From the NCBI RefSeq assembly GCF_036563125.1, contig NZ_DATCMV010000179.1:1418-65417 (forward strand): DNA of 64,000 nt, read 5' to 3'. Each line of letters opens with the position of its first letter. The first letter of the stretch is position 1. Shown one piece after another: positions 45,650-55,631 of the stretch. The translations under genes and the position numbers were made by a program. The notes under the pieces are model-generated. The model did not search any database and had not been told where the DNA came from. It saw only the letters and a program-made list of their open reading frames with translations. The DNA is from Microbulbifer sp. (GTDB lineage Bacteria > Pseudomonadota > Gammaproteobacteria > Pseudomonadales > Cellvibrionaceae).

Positions 45650-48600
45650 TGTTTCGCCCGTCTAAAAATAAATTAGCAATCGTAATGGTCGCGCTGGCGA
45701 GTGCTTCGGCGCTCGCCCAGGAAGAAAGCCAGGGCGATATTTCCTGGTGGCAAAAAATCCCCGGCCTCTCGCCGCAGATCGAAACTACCGGCGATTACAC
45801 CGACAAACCACTGGGCAGCAACACCGAAACCACCCTGATCCCAACGGCCGGCCAGCTGTGGGTACAGGATGCGGAATCGTTTGTCTCCCCGGAGGAAGCG
45901 GTGCTGGAAAACAATGCGCTGCCGCCGCTGCTATACCGCGAGGTGGGCGATGATATTGATCCGACACTGATCGAACAGCTGCGGGAAAGGCTCGCGGCCC
46001 TGAGCGGCGCCCACGAGCTGCAGCTGATTTTCACCGGTCACACCGACAGCGATCCGCTGAGCGAGGACCAGCAAGCGGAGTACGCGGATAAAGCCGCGTT
46101 TACCGAGGCGCGCGCCAAGTTGGTGGCGGAGTACTTCCAGACTGCGCTGGAACTGCCGGATGAGGCGATTGTGGTAGCGGGCCGCGGTGACGGCGAACCG
46201 CTGACCGAAAACATCACCGAAAAAGGTCGCGAACTGAACCGCCGGGTGGAACTGACGCTGCGCTATTTCGAGCAGGATCAGCAAGCCCGCGACGCCCAGC
46301 GCCGCGCTGAGGCGCTGCAGCTCAACCGGGTCAAGGTCTGCCGCCAGGAAACCGTGTGTAAGCTGCGCTACAGCGCGGGCACGGACCAGCGCGCGCGCCT
46401 GAAAAACCTGGTGTCGCCGCTGCGTCTGCAGCCGGGGCAGGTGGACCTGCCGGCGCCATTTGTGCGCCGTATCCTGGAGGTCCGCAACACCCTGCTGGAA
46501 AAACCCAATCTCACCATTCACTTCGTCGGTCACACCGATGGCGCGCCGCTGCCGGAAGGTCCGGCGGAGCTGTATGACGATCAGATGGCACTGTCGCGCG
46601 CGGAAGCGCGACGGGTGGCACTGGCAGTTGCGGATCAGCTGAACCTGCCGGCTTATATGGTTACCAGTAGCGGTAAAGGCGCGAGCCAGCCCATCGCGGC
46701 CAACGACACCGCCAAAGGCCGTTCCCTGAACCGCCGCGTGGAAGTGGAGTTCTGGTACGACGATTTGCTGGAAACCGCCGCCGACGGCGTGCAGGCGTGT
46801 CCGGAATCCGCTGTGGCGGAAACTATCACCATCGCCCACGAATCGCCCACCGGCGACGTGCCGCCGATTTTCCTGAATGACGGCGAGCCGCAAATTTCCG
46901 GTTCACAGCTGGCGCAGATGCAGCGCCTGATGGAAGAGGTGGCGGGCAAGCAGAACGTGCGCCTGAGTTTTGTCGGCTACAGCGATAACGAGCGCATGGA
47001 GCGCCGCGAAGCCATGGTCTACGGCGACGATGTGGGGCTGTCGTCTGCACGTGCGAAAAAGACCATGCAAGTGGTGCAGCAGCAGCTCGGCCTGGACGAT
47101 ACCCAGGTGGAGTTTGAGGGGCGCGGTTATGTAGAGTCCAAGGATGTGGTGCAGACCGGGTTTATCCACATGGACGGCGCGCGCGTGGAAGTGCAGGTGC
47201 TGTACGACGAGCTGGCGGTGCTGGCGGAGCAGGACCGGCTGGAAATCGAGCGGCTGCAGCAGGAGGCCCAGGCCCACAACCCCTACGCCCTCAACCTGAT
47301 GCGCATCACCGTGGACGGTGCCCCGGAATACGATCCGTACAAGAATTCCGCAGACCTGCAGCGCTGTACCGACGTAGCCCTGGAAAATGCCAATATCCAG
47401 TTCCGCTTTGACAACCAGTCGATGCAACCGCGACTCAACGTCACTGCCTTCCCCAGCACCATCCGCTACGCGGACGATCCGGAAACGGAGCTGGTGGAGA
47501 GCCGCGTGCAGTTCAAGCGTTACACCAACTACCCCTCGTTTATCACCCGCGCGGAAGTGCGTATTTTCGAGGAAGAGCAATCCCTGCGCGACACACCGCT
47601 GGCGGTGGTCACCCTGGACCAGAACGGCGAGGGCAGCTGGGAGGCGGAATTCGACAGCTTCCAGGCGCCACTGAAAAAGCTGAAATACGTGTTGCGGGTA
47701 TACGACTGGAAACAGCGTTTCGATGAAACCCGTCCGCAGACCCTGTGGCTTGTGGATAACTTCGAACCGCAGTTACAGGAAGACACCACCGAAAAAGAAC
47801 TGTTGGTGGGCTATGGCGAAAACCGCCTGTCCGAGCAGCATATTCCCGTGAGCGGCAATGCGGTGCTGGTGAACGGTGCGGATATTCCGGCAAACCACAG
47901 TGTGTGGCTGGCGGGCCGCGAAATTCCCGTGAGCAGCAACGGTGATTTCGTTGCCGAGGAAATTTTTGCCAAGGGCCTGCACACCGTGGAAGTGGCGGTA
48001 CTGGACGAGCAGGGCAACGGTGAACTGTTCCTGCGGGATCTGGAGTTCAATCGCGACGACTGGTTCAGTGTGGGGATCGCCGATGTCACCATCGCCCGCG
48101 ATGACACCAATGGCCCCGCGGCGCTGGTTACCGGTGATCAGACCCACTACGACAATTCCGCGAGCTACGACGGTCGCCTGGCGTTTTACACCAGCGGCAG
48201 CTTTGGTGATGGCTGGCGCCTGTCCGCCAGCGCGGACACCGAAGAAGGGCCCATCGACGACCTGTTCAGCAACTTTATGGAAAAAACGCCGGACGCCCTG
48301 TTCCGCCGTCTGGACAGCGATCTCTATTACCCGACCTTTGGCGACGATTCCACGGTGGTGGAAGATGCCCCGACCTCCGGCAAGTTTTTCATCAAACTGG
48401 AAAACTACGACGATTACGGCCTGTGGGGTAACTTCAAGGCGTCCTATACCGACAACGAACTGGCGCATATCGACCGCGCGCTGTACGGGGCCAATTTCCA
48501 TTTCGAGACCGACGATGTCACCGACTTCGGCGACAAGCGTTTCGAAATAGACGCCTTCAGTGCGGAGCCCGGCACCATCGCCGGTCGCGATGAGTATCTG

Positions 48601-50763
48601 GGCACCGGTGGCTCCCTCTATTACCTGCGCCACCAGGATATCCTCACCGGCTCCGAGCGCCTGCGTGTGGAAGTGCGGGACAAGAACTCCGGCCTGGTGC
48701 TGGGAGTGAAAAACCTCACCCCGGTGATCGATTACGATGTGGATTACATCCAGGGGCGCGTGTTGCTGAACCGCCCGCTGTCCGCCATCGCCAACGACAA
48801 CCTGATCGTGCAGGACGGCTCCTACAACGGCAATCCACAGTACCTGGTGGCCCGCTACGAATACACCCCGGGCTTTGACGATCTCGACACCCTGGCCCTC
48901 GGTGGTCGCGCCCAGTACTGGGCCGGTGAACATGTGCGTATCGGTGTGAGTGCGAGCCAGCAGGATGAGGAAGACAACGAATCGTCACTCAACGGCGTCG
49001 ATCTGACGCTGCGCAAGAGCGCCGGTACCTGGATGAAAGTGGAAGTGGCGGAAAGCCAGGGCAATACCCTGGAAAGCCTGTCTTCCCTGGACGGCGGTTA
49101 CAGCTTTAACCAGGACAATCCGATCGATCCGAATGCCAAGGCCGGTGCCAACAAGGTTGAAGCCGCGATCCAGATGGGGGATTTCTTCGAGGGCGCGCGC
49201 GGTTCCATGTCCGTCTATGCGCAGCAGCGGGATGCGGGCTTCTCCGCACCGGGCCAGCTGGCGACCTACGATACCGAGCAGTACGGCGCGGTGGTTAACC
49301 TGCCCATCGGCGAGCGTTTCGATGTGGGCCTGAAAATGGACACCAAGGAACAGCAGCAGGGCCTGCAGACCTCCGCCACCGATGTGGAGCTGGGCTACCG
49401 CCTGAGCGAGCGCTGGCGCCTCGCCGCCGCCGCCCGCTCCGACTCCCGCGAGGATATGTCACCGGTGGTGCCGGTCACCCAGAAACAGGGCGATCGTACC
49501 GATGTAGCAATCCAGGCCGGTTACGATTCCGGTGCCAACTGGAACGCGTTCGGTTTCGTGCAGCGTACCGCAGAGTTGTCCGGTAACCGCGATGAAAACA
49601 ATCGCGTCGGATTTGGCGGAGCCTACCGCGTCAGCGATCGCCTGACCGTGGACAGCGAGCTTTCCGGTGGCGACACCGGCAACGCGGCGCGTGTCGGCAC
49701 CGACTTCCTGGTGACCGACCGCACCAACCTGTATCTGAATTACACCCTCGACAACGAGCGCACCGATACCGGTGTGCGCGCGCGCAAGGGCAATCTGAAC
49801 AGTGGCTTCCGCAGTCGCTTCTCCGATACCACCAGTATTTACGGCGAAGAGCGCTATACCCACGGCGATGTATCCACCGGCCTTACCCACGCACTTGGCG
49901 TCGATCTGGCACCCAGTGACACCTGGAATTACGGTACGTCCCTTGAGGCGGGTACCCTCGAGGACCCGCGCACCGGTGCCGAAACCGAGCGCCGCGCCGT
50001 GGGCGCCAGCATGGGCTTCAACGACGGCGACCTGCGCGTGTCGAGCGCGGTGGAATACCGCGTCGACAATATGCAGACGCTGACCGACCCGGAAACTGTA
50101 CTCGAAAATGAGCGCAAAACCTGGCTGCTGAAAAATGCCCTGAGCTTCCAGATCAGCCCGGATTGGCGCTTGGTTGGCAAGCTCAATTATTCCGACAGCC
50201 AGAGTTCCGCCGGGCAGTTCTACGACGGCAAATACACCGAGGGCGTGATGGGGTATGCCTACCGTCCGGTGGAGAACGACCGCTGGAATACACTGCTGAA
50301 GTACACCTACTTCTACAATGTGCCCACCACCGACCAGGTGCTGGTGACCTCCAGCAGCGCCAGCAGTGCGGTGGAGTTTGTGCAGAAGAGTCATATCTTC
50401 TCGGTGGACACCAACTATGACCTGACCCAGCGCTGGACGCTCGGCGCCAAGTACGCCTACCGCCTGGGACAGTTGAGCATGGAGCGTGAAAACCCCGAGT
50501 TCTTTGACAGTAACGCGCACCTGTATGTGATGCGTGCCGACTGGCACTTCGTGAATAAATGGGATTTGTTGGTGGAGGGCCGCGTGCTCGACCTGCCGGA
50601 AGCGGGCGACCGCAGAAGCGGCGCGCTGCTGGCGCTGTATCGCCAGATGGGAAATCACTTCAAGGCGGGTATCGGTTATAACTTTACCGATTTCTCCGAC
50701 GACCTGACGGATCTGGATTACGACAGCCAGGGTGTCTTCATTAACATGGTCGGCAAATTTTAA
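45649..50763 (+). CDS. Outer-membrane protein: three OmpA-like peptidoglycan-binding domains plus a very large C-terminal beta-barrel
   Basis: Signal peptide; GHTD...GRGD.EP...NRRVEL, GHTD...GKG..QP...NRRVEV and GYSD... OmpA-like motifs; about 900 aa of amphipathic strands ending VFINMVGKF (terminal Phe); TGATG coupling to the adhesin. Confidence 0.82.
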   Translation: MFRPSKNKLAIVMVALASASALAQEESQGDISWWQKIPGLSPQIETTGDYTDKPLGSNTETTLIPTAGQLWVQDAESFVSPEEAVLENNALPPLLYREVGDDIDPTLIEQLRERLAALSGAHELQLIFTGHTDSDPLSEDQQAEYADKAAFTEARAKLVAEYFQTALELPDEAIVVAGRGDGEPLTENITEKGRELNRRVELTLRYFEQDQQARDAQRRAEALQLNRVKVCRQETVCKLRYSAGTDQRARLKNLVSPLRLQPGQVDLPAPFVRRILEVRNTLLEKPNLTIHFVGHTDGAPLPEGPAELYDDQMALSRAEARRVALAVADQLNLPAYMVTSSGKGASQPIAANDTAKGRSLNRRVEVEFWYDDLLETAADGVQACPESAVAETITIAHESPTGDVPPIFLNDGEPQISGSQLAQMQRLMEEVAGKQNVRLSFVGYSDNERMERREAMVYGDDVGLSSARAKKTMQVVQQQLGLDDTQVEFEGRGYVESKDVVQTGFIHMDGARVEVQVLYDELAVLAEQDRLEIERLQQEAQAHNPYALNLMRITVDGAPEYDPYKNSADLQRCTDVALENANIQFRFDNQSMQPRLNVTAFPSTIRYADDPETELVESRVQFKRYTNYPSFITRAEVRIFEEEQSLRDTPLAVVTLDQNGEGSWEAEFDSFQAPLKKLKYVLRVYDWKQRFDETRPQTLWLVDNFEPQLQEDTTEKELLVGYGENRLSEQHIPVSGNAVLVNGADIPANHSVWLAGREIPVSSNGDFVAEEIFAKGLHTVEVAVLDEQGNGELFLRDLEFNRDDWFSVGIADVTIARDDTNGPAALVTGDQTHYDNSASYDGRLAFYTSGSFGDGWRLSASADTEEGPIDDLFSNFMEKTPDALFRRLDSDLYYPTFGDDSTVVEDAPTSGKFFIKLENYDDYGLWGNFKASYTDNELAHIDRALYGANFHFETDDVTDFGDKRFEIDAFSAEPGTIAGRDEYLGTGGSLYYLRHQDILTGSERLRVEVRDKNSGLVLGVKNLTPVIDYDVDYIQGRVLLNRPLSAIANDNLIVQDGSYNGNPQYLVARYEYTPGFDDLDTLALGGRAQYWAGEHVRIGVSASQQDEEDNESSLNGVDLTLRKSAGTWMKVEVAESQGNTLESLSSLDGGYSFNQDNPIDPNAKAGANKVEAAIQMGDFFEGARGSMSVYAQQRDAGFSAPGQLATYDTEQYGAVVNLPIGERFDVGLKMDTKEQQQGLQTSATDVELGYRLSERWRLAAAARSDSREDMSPVVPVTQKQGDRTDVAIQAGYDSGANWNAFGFVQRTAELSGNRDENNRVGFGGAYRVSDRLTVDSELSGGDTGNAARVGTDFLVTDRTNLYLNYTLDNERTDTGVRARKGNLNSGFRSRFSDTTSIYGEERYTHGDVSTGLTHALGVDLAPSDTWNYGTSLEAGTLEDPRTGAETERRAVGASMGFNDGDLRVSSAVEYRVDNMQTLTDPETVLENERKTWLLKNALSFQISPDWRLVGKLNYSDSQSSAGQFYDGKYTEGVMGYAYRPVENDRWNTLLKYTYFYNVPTTDQVLVTSSSASSAVEFVQKSHIFSVDTNYDLTQRWTLGAKYAYRLGQLSMERENPEFFDSNAHLYVMRADWHFVNKWDLLVEGRVLDLPEAGDRRSGALLALYRQMGNHFKAGIGYNFTDFSDDLTDLDYDSQGVFINMVGKF

Positions 50764-51062
50764 CCTTCCCTTTCGTGTGAAATTCGGCTGGATACGGCCA
50801 CTGCAGATGCCCCCTCGCGGGTTTCTGCGGTGGCCGCCGCCGCGGCCAACTGATCTCCCAATCCCTTCCGGCGCAAAGCCGCGCCCTTTTCTCGACATTC
50901 CCCCAACTGCGCCACACTGCCGCTTGAGCCCGATTTACAGTGCGCGTAATTCTTACGAATAGGCAAGAAGTGCAGCGGAACGTACGTTGAAAGCTTCCTG
51001 CGCTTGCTCTACTTTGTTATGCGTCCAGGTGTCATTAAAAAAACAGGCGAGCGGAGAAGCCA

Positions 51063-51569
51063 ATGATAAAACTCACCATCAACGGCGAGCCGCGCTCGCT
51101 GGATGTACCCGCCGATACCCCAATCCTCTGGGTGCTGCGCGATACGTTAAAGCTCACCGGTACACGCTTTGGTTGTGGCATGGCGTTGTGCGGCACCTGT
51201 ACCGTGCATCTGGATGGCAATCCTATCCGCTCCTGCACCACGCCAATCTCCATGGCCGAGGGCAAGCACGTCACCACTATCGAGGCCATGGAAAAGGACC
51301 CGCTGGGTCGGCGTGTGCAACAGGCCTGGATGGACGAGGCGGTTGCGCAGTGCGGCTATTGCCAGGGGGGGCAGGTGATGAGTGCTGTGGCCCTGTTGAA
51401 AAACAACCCGAATCCCGACGATGCACAGATCGACCGCCAGATGAGTGGCAATATCTGCCGCTGTGGCACCTATCCCCGTATTCGCAAAGCCATTCACCGC
51501 GCCGCTGCGGCGGCGGAAAAGAATGCCGCCAGTATCGGCGAACCCCTGTTTACGGAGGTGAAGGCATGA
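51063..51569 (+). CDS. [2Fe-2S]-binding small subunit of an IorA/CoxS-type molybdoenzyme
   Basis: [35 protein letters not shown]. Confidence 0.92.
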   Translation: MIKLTINGEPRSLDVPADTPILWVLRDTLKLTGTRFGCGMALCGTCTVHLDGNPIRSCTTPISMAEGKHVTTIEAMEKDPLGRRVQQAWMDEAVAQCGYCQGGQVMSAVALLKNNPNPDDAQIDRQMSGNICRCGTYPRIRKAIHRAAAAAEKNAASIGEPLFTEVKA

Positions 51570-53947
51570 ACGATTCGATTGTTGATCCCAACGTCGAGCA
51601 GGCCGGCGAAGCGGAACTGGAAATTGCCAACGTCAGCCGTCGCCGATTCCTGCGCGGCCTCACCGCCACCGGTGCGCTGGTTATCGCCGCGCGCTGGACA
51701 CCGGCAGCCTTCGCCGCCCAGGGGGAAGACCCGGACAATCCAAAGAAGTATGGCGCAGAAGCCATGGCCCACGGTTGGGTGGATAACCCGGATGTGTTTA
51801 TCAGTATCGCCCCGGATAACACCGTCACCCTGATCAATCATCGCGGTGAAATGGGGCAGGGCATCCGCACCAGTGTGGTAATGGTGATGGCCGACGAAAT
51901 GGGGGCCGACTGGCAGAAGGTGCGTGTCGAGCAGGCCATTGCCAACGAAGAAAAATATGGCAACCAGAACACCGATGGCTCCCGTTCCATGCGCCACTGG
52001 TTTGACCCGTTGCGCCGTGCCGGTGCCGCGGCACGTACCATGCTGGAACAGGCGGCGGCCAAACAGTGGGGCGTGCCGCTGGCGGAGTGTCGCACCGGGG
52101 TCCATCAGGTAATCCATATTCCAACAAAACGTGCACTTTCCTTTGGTGAGCTGGCGACGGCCGCTGCCGGGCAGCCGGTTCCGGACCGCAAGTCCCTGAA
52201 GCTCAAAAGCCCGGACCAGTGGCGCTATATCATGCGCAAGCCGCAAGAGTTCCCCAAAGCCAATGTCGGTCAGCCGCTGGCAGTGGACGGTATGGATATC
52301 CTCACCGGCAAGGCACAGTTTGCTGCGGATGTCAGCTGGGACAACATGCTGTACGCGGTCATCGCGCGCCCGCCGTCCTACGGCTCGGCGGTGAAATCGT
52401 TCGATGACAAAAAGGCGCTGGCGGTGCCGGGGGTGGTCAAAGTGATCCAGATGCCCACCGCAACACAGCCTTCGGGCTATGAGCCGATGGGCGGAATTGC
52501 GGTGCTGGCGGAATCCACCTGGGCGGCGATCCAGGGGCGCAAGGCGCTCGCTATCGAATGGGATAACGGGCCGGCCGGTGCCAACGCCAGCTATGACTCC
52601 GTCGCCTTCCGCAAGCTGCTGGAAGAAAGGGCGAAAAAAACCGGCAAGATCGAGAGCAAAAAAGGCGATATAGAGGCCGCTCGCAAGGCTGCCGCGCAGT
52701 CGTTGAGCGTCAATTACTACGCACCGCATATGGCCCAGGCGCCTATGGAGCCGATGGCGGCCATTGTGCGTATCAACGGTGACAAGGCCGATGTGTGGAC
52801 TTCGGTACAGAATCCACAGGCCGCCCGCGATGGCGTGGCCAAGCGTCTGCAGCTGAAGCCGGAGAATGTCACCGTCCAGTGCGGTCTGATGGGAGGCGGC
52901 TTCGGGCGCAAGGCCAAGCCGGACTATGTGTTTGAGGCGGCGGACCTGAGCAAGGCGATGGACGGCCGCCCGGTACGGGTGCAGTGGACCCGTGAAGATG
53001 ACCTGCACAACGGCTTTTTCCACGCCGTGGCACTCGAGCATATGCAAGGCTACCTGGACGACAACAAGCGCGTCAGTGGCTGGCTGCACCGTTCCCTGGC
53101 CCCCAGTATTTCGTCCCTGTTCGCCCCCGATGCCGAGTATCAGTCGGCGGCGGAGATGGGCATGGGCATCCGCAATATGCCGTTCGATATCCCCGCGATA
53201 CAGCAGGAGAACGGCGAGGCGGAGGGGCATATCCGTATCGGCTGGTTCCGCTCGGTCTACAACGTGCCCCACGCCTTTGCGATCCAGAGTTTTGTGGCAG
53301 AGCTCGCTGATCTGGCGGGCAAAGATCACCGGGACTTCCTGCTCGAGTTACTGGGACCGGACCGGAAAATCGATCCGGGCAAGGAAGATATTTTCAATTA
53401 CGGTGAAGACCCGGCGCGCTACCCCATCGACACCGCGCGTTACCGTGCGGTGATCGAGCGAGCCACCAAAGAGGCCGGTTGGGGCAAGAAGATGCCGCCC
53501 AACCGTGGGCTGGGCCTCGCGGTACACAACAGCTTTGTGTCCTACTGCGCGATCGTGATGGATGTGGAGGTCAGCGAAGGCGGCGACGTTATCGTGCACC
53601 GCGCAGATGTCGCATTTGACTGCGGCCCCCAGATCAACCCGGATCGTGTCGCCGCCCAGCTGGAAGGGGCCTGCGTAATGGGTACCGGCATCGCATTGAT
53701 GACACAGATTACCGCCAAGGACGGCCGTATACAGCAGGATAACTTTCACCAGTATCTGGTGCCGCGCATTAACGAGTCTCCCCGGGAGATTCACGTATAC
53801 GCGGTGAATAACGATCTGGATATTCCAATCGGCGGCGTGGGTGAACCCGGGTTGCCGCCGGTGGCGCCGGCCCTGTGCAATGCGATTTTCGCCGCGACCG
53901 GCAAACGTATCCGCACCCTGCCGGTGGCAGACCAGTTGAAAAGCTGA
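51566..53947 (+). CDS. Tat-exported molybdopterin-binding large subunit (IorB-like, xanthine oxidase family)
   Basis: SRRRFL Tat motif; [65 protein letters not shown]. Confidence 0.9.
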   Translation: MNDSIVDPNVEQAGEAELEIANVSRRRFLRGLTATGALVIAARWTPAAFAAQGEDPDNPKKYGAEAMAHGWVDNPDVFISIAPDNTVTLINHRGEMGQGIRTSVVMVMADEMGADWQKVRVEQAIANEEKYGNQNTDGSRSMRHWFDPLRRAGAAARTMLEQAAAKQWGVPLAECRTGVHQVIHIPTKRALSFGELATAAAGQPVPDRKSLKLKSPDQWRYIMRKPQEFPKANVGQPLAVDGMDILTGKAQFAADVSWDNMLYAVIARPPSYGSAVKSFDDKKALAVPGVVKVIQMPTATQPSGYEPMGGIAVLAESTWAAIQGRKALAIEWDNGPAGANASYDSVAFRKLLEERAKKTGKIESKKGDIEAARKAAAQSLSVNYYAPHMAQAPMEPMAAIVRINGDKADVWTSVQNPQAARDGVAKRLQLKPENVTVQCGLMGGGFGRKAKPDYVFEAADLSKAMDGRPVRVQWTREDDLHNGFFHAVALEHMQGYLDDNKRVSGWLHRSLAPSISSLFAPDAEYQSAAEMGMGIRNMPFDIPAIQQENGEAEGHIRIGWFRSVYNVPHAFAIQSFVAELADLAGKDHRDFLLELLGPDRKIDPGKEDIFNYGEDPARYPIDTARYRAVIERATKEAGWGKKMPPNRGLGLAVHNSFVSYCAIVMDVEVSEGGDVIVHRADVAFDCGPQINPDRVAAQLEGACVMGTGIALMTQITAKDGRIQQDNFHQYLVPRINESPREIHVYAVNNDLDIPIGGVGEPGLPPVAPALCNAIFAATGKRIRTLPVADQLKS

Positions 53948-53959
53948 GCGGGGCCAGTG

Positions 53960-54949
53960 ATGCAGCACCTTGATGTTCAGGTGGTAGAGCAGGGGCTGGC
54001 GTGGCTGGAAGCCGGTGAAACCATCTGGTTGTGCACTGTGCTCTCAACCTTTGGCTCATCGCCGCGGGCGCCGGGTTCGATCATGGTGGCGCGCGAGGAT
54101 GGCAGTCACCTGGGTTCACTATCCGGTGGCTGTGTCGAGGAGGATTTTCTCGCGCGGGTGCAGCGCGGTGAGTTCAGCCAGCGGGTGTGTATCGAGCGCT
54201 ACGGCGACCTGCGCGAGCAGCCATCGGCTAAGCGTTCGCCGGTGCAGTTGCCCTGCGGCGGCATTCTGGAGGTGCTGGTCGAGCGACTTCCCCCCGAGCT
54301 TGGCAATCGTCAACATCTCGCAGAGCTACTCGCGGTATTGCGCGGGCAGCAGCAGAAATTGCGTACGGTTTCCCTGCTCGATGGGCACTGCAGTTTGCGC
54401 CCGGTTGTGCACGCCGGGGGCGATACCGTAGCGGTCTCGGCGGAGTGCATCAGCATTCGTGTCGGGCCCGCAGCGCGTCTGATTATCGCCGGGCTCTCCA
54501 GTGTCGCCAGAATCTGTGCGGAGTTTGCCGTGGCGCTGGGTTATGAAGTGATTCTGTGCGAGCCGCGCGAGGAGGAGTATCGCGATTTCAATCTTGCCGG
54601 TGTGCGCCTGGAGAAAACCTTCCCCTCGGTATTTATCGCGGAGGCGGGTAACTGCCACCAGCAGACCGCGGTGGTGGCGATGACCCACGACCCGCGCATC
54701 GACGACCTGGCGATGATGGAGGCGGTCAAGACCGACGCGTTTTATATCGGCGTGATGGGATCACGGCGCACCTCGGATAAGCGTGCAACCCGGCTGTTAT
54801 CCACAGGCGGTTTGACCACGCAAGAGCTGGAGCGTATCCATATGCCCATTGGCCTTGCCCTGGGGAGTAAAACACCGGCGGAAATTGCACTGGCGGTGAT
54901 GGCGGATATCCTGCGTGTGCAGCGAGGCATCCCGCGCGATGCGCTCTGA
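53960..54949 (+). CDS. xdhC: XdhC/CoxI-family Moco insertion chaperone
   Basis: TFGSSPRAPGS, GSLSGGCVE, LPCGG.LEV, MTHDPRIDD, YIGVMGSRR, PIGLALGSKTPAEIA. Confidence 0.9.
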   Translation: MQHLDVQVVEQGLAWLEAGETIWLCTVLSTFGSSPRAPGSIMVAREDGSHLGSLSGGCVEEDFLARVQRGEFSQRVCIERYGDLREQPSAKRSPVQLPCGGILEVLVERLPPELGNRQHLAELLAVLRGQQQKLRTVSLLDGHCSLRPVVHAGGDTVAVSAECISIRVGPAARLIIAGLSSVARICAEFAVALGYEVILCEPREEEYRDFNLAGVRLEKTFPSVFIAEAGNCHQQTAVVAMTHDPRIDDLAMMEAVKTDAFYIGVMGSRRTSDKRATRLLSTGGLTTQELERIHMPIGLALGSKTPAEIALAVMADILRVQRGIPRDAL

Positions 54950-55631
54950 TAGTGGGATTTCGCCGGATGCGCCCACAGGCCGCACCCTCGGACTGGTTAT
55001 GGCAGCGGGGTTTTCCCGGCGTTTCGGCGCGGATGACAAGCGCGCGTTGCGGCTGGCGGACGATGTAAGCCTGCTGGGGCATACGCTGGCACAGGTGCAG
55101 CCCGCCTTTACCGGTACCGGCGGGCAGAGTCTGCTGGCGGTGGTGATACGTCCCGACGACAGTCCGTCCGCGCTGGGGATTCCGGAGGAATGCCACATTG
55201 TCAGAGCACCCAATGCGCGCGGTGGTCTGGGGGCCAGTATCGCCGATGCCATGATTGCGGTGCGGACTCTGCCGTTGACCCGCGATATCGACAGTGTTGC
55301 GATCCTGTTGGGGGATATGCCCGCACTTAAGCCGGCAACGCTCGCAAAATTATTAGCAGCCAGTAGTGCCGATACCATCGTCCGCCCGCGATTTAAAGCG
55401 CATTGCGGTCACCCAGTAGTGTTCGGACGGAAGTTCTGGCCAGTGTTATGTGGCCTTGCTGGGGACGAGGGCGCGCGCCAGGTCATCGCCGCGCATGTAT
55501 CGGCGCTGACCGTCGTTGACGTGGATGACCCGGGTACGCTTCTCGATATTGATACCAGGTGGGAGTTTGAACGCCACTGGCACAATGATAGCGGGATGGC
55601 CTCGAGGTTATTCCCAGCCACTCAAGACTAG
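54939..55631 (+). CDS. mocA: Molybdenum cofactor cytidylyltransferase (MocA-like NTP transferase)
   Basis: MAAGFSRRFG.DK, LGDMP, GHPVVF, GDEGAR, DIDT; follows xdhC. Confidence 0.75.
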   Translation: MRSDSGISPDAPTGRTLGLVMAAGFSRRFGADDKRALRLADDVSLLGHTLAQVQPAFTGTGGQSLLAVVIRPDDSPSALGIPEECHIVRAPNARGGLGASIADAMIAVRTLPLTRDIDSVAILLGDMPALKPATLAKLLAASSADTIVRPRFKAHCGHPVVFGRKFWPVLCGLAGDEGARQVIAAHVSALTVVDVDDPGTLLDIDTRWEFERHWHNDSGMASRLFPATQD

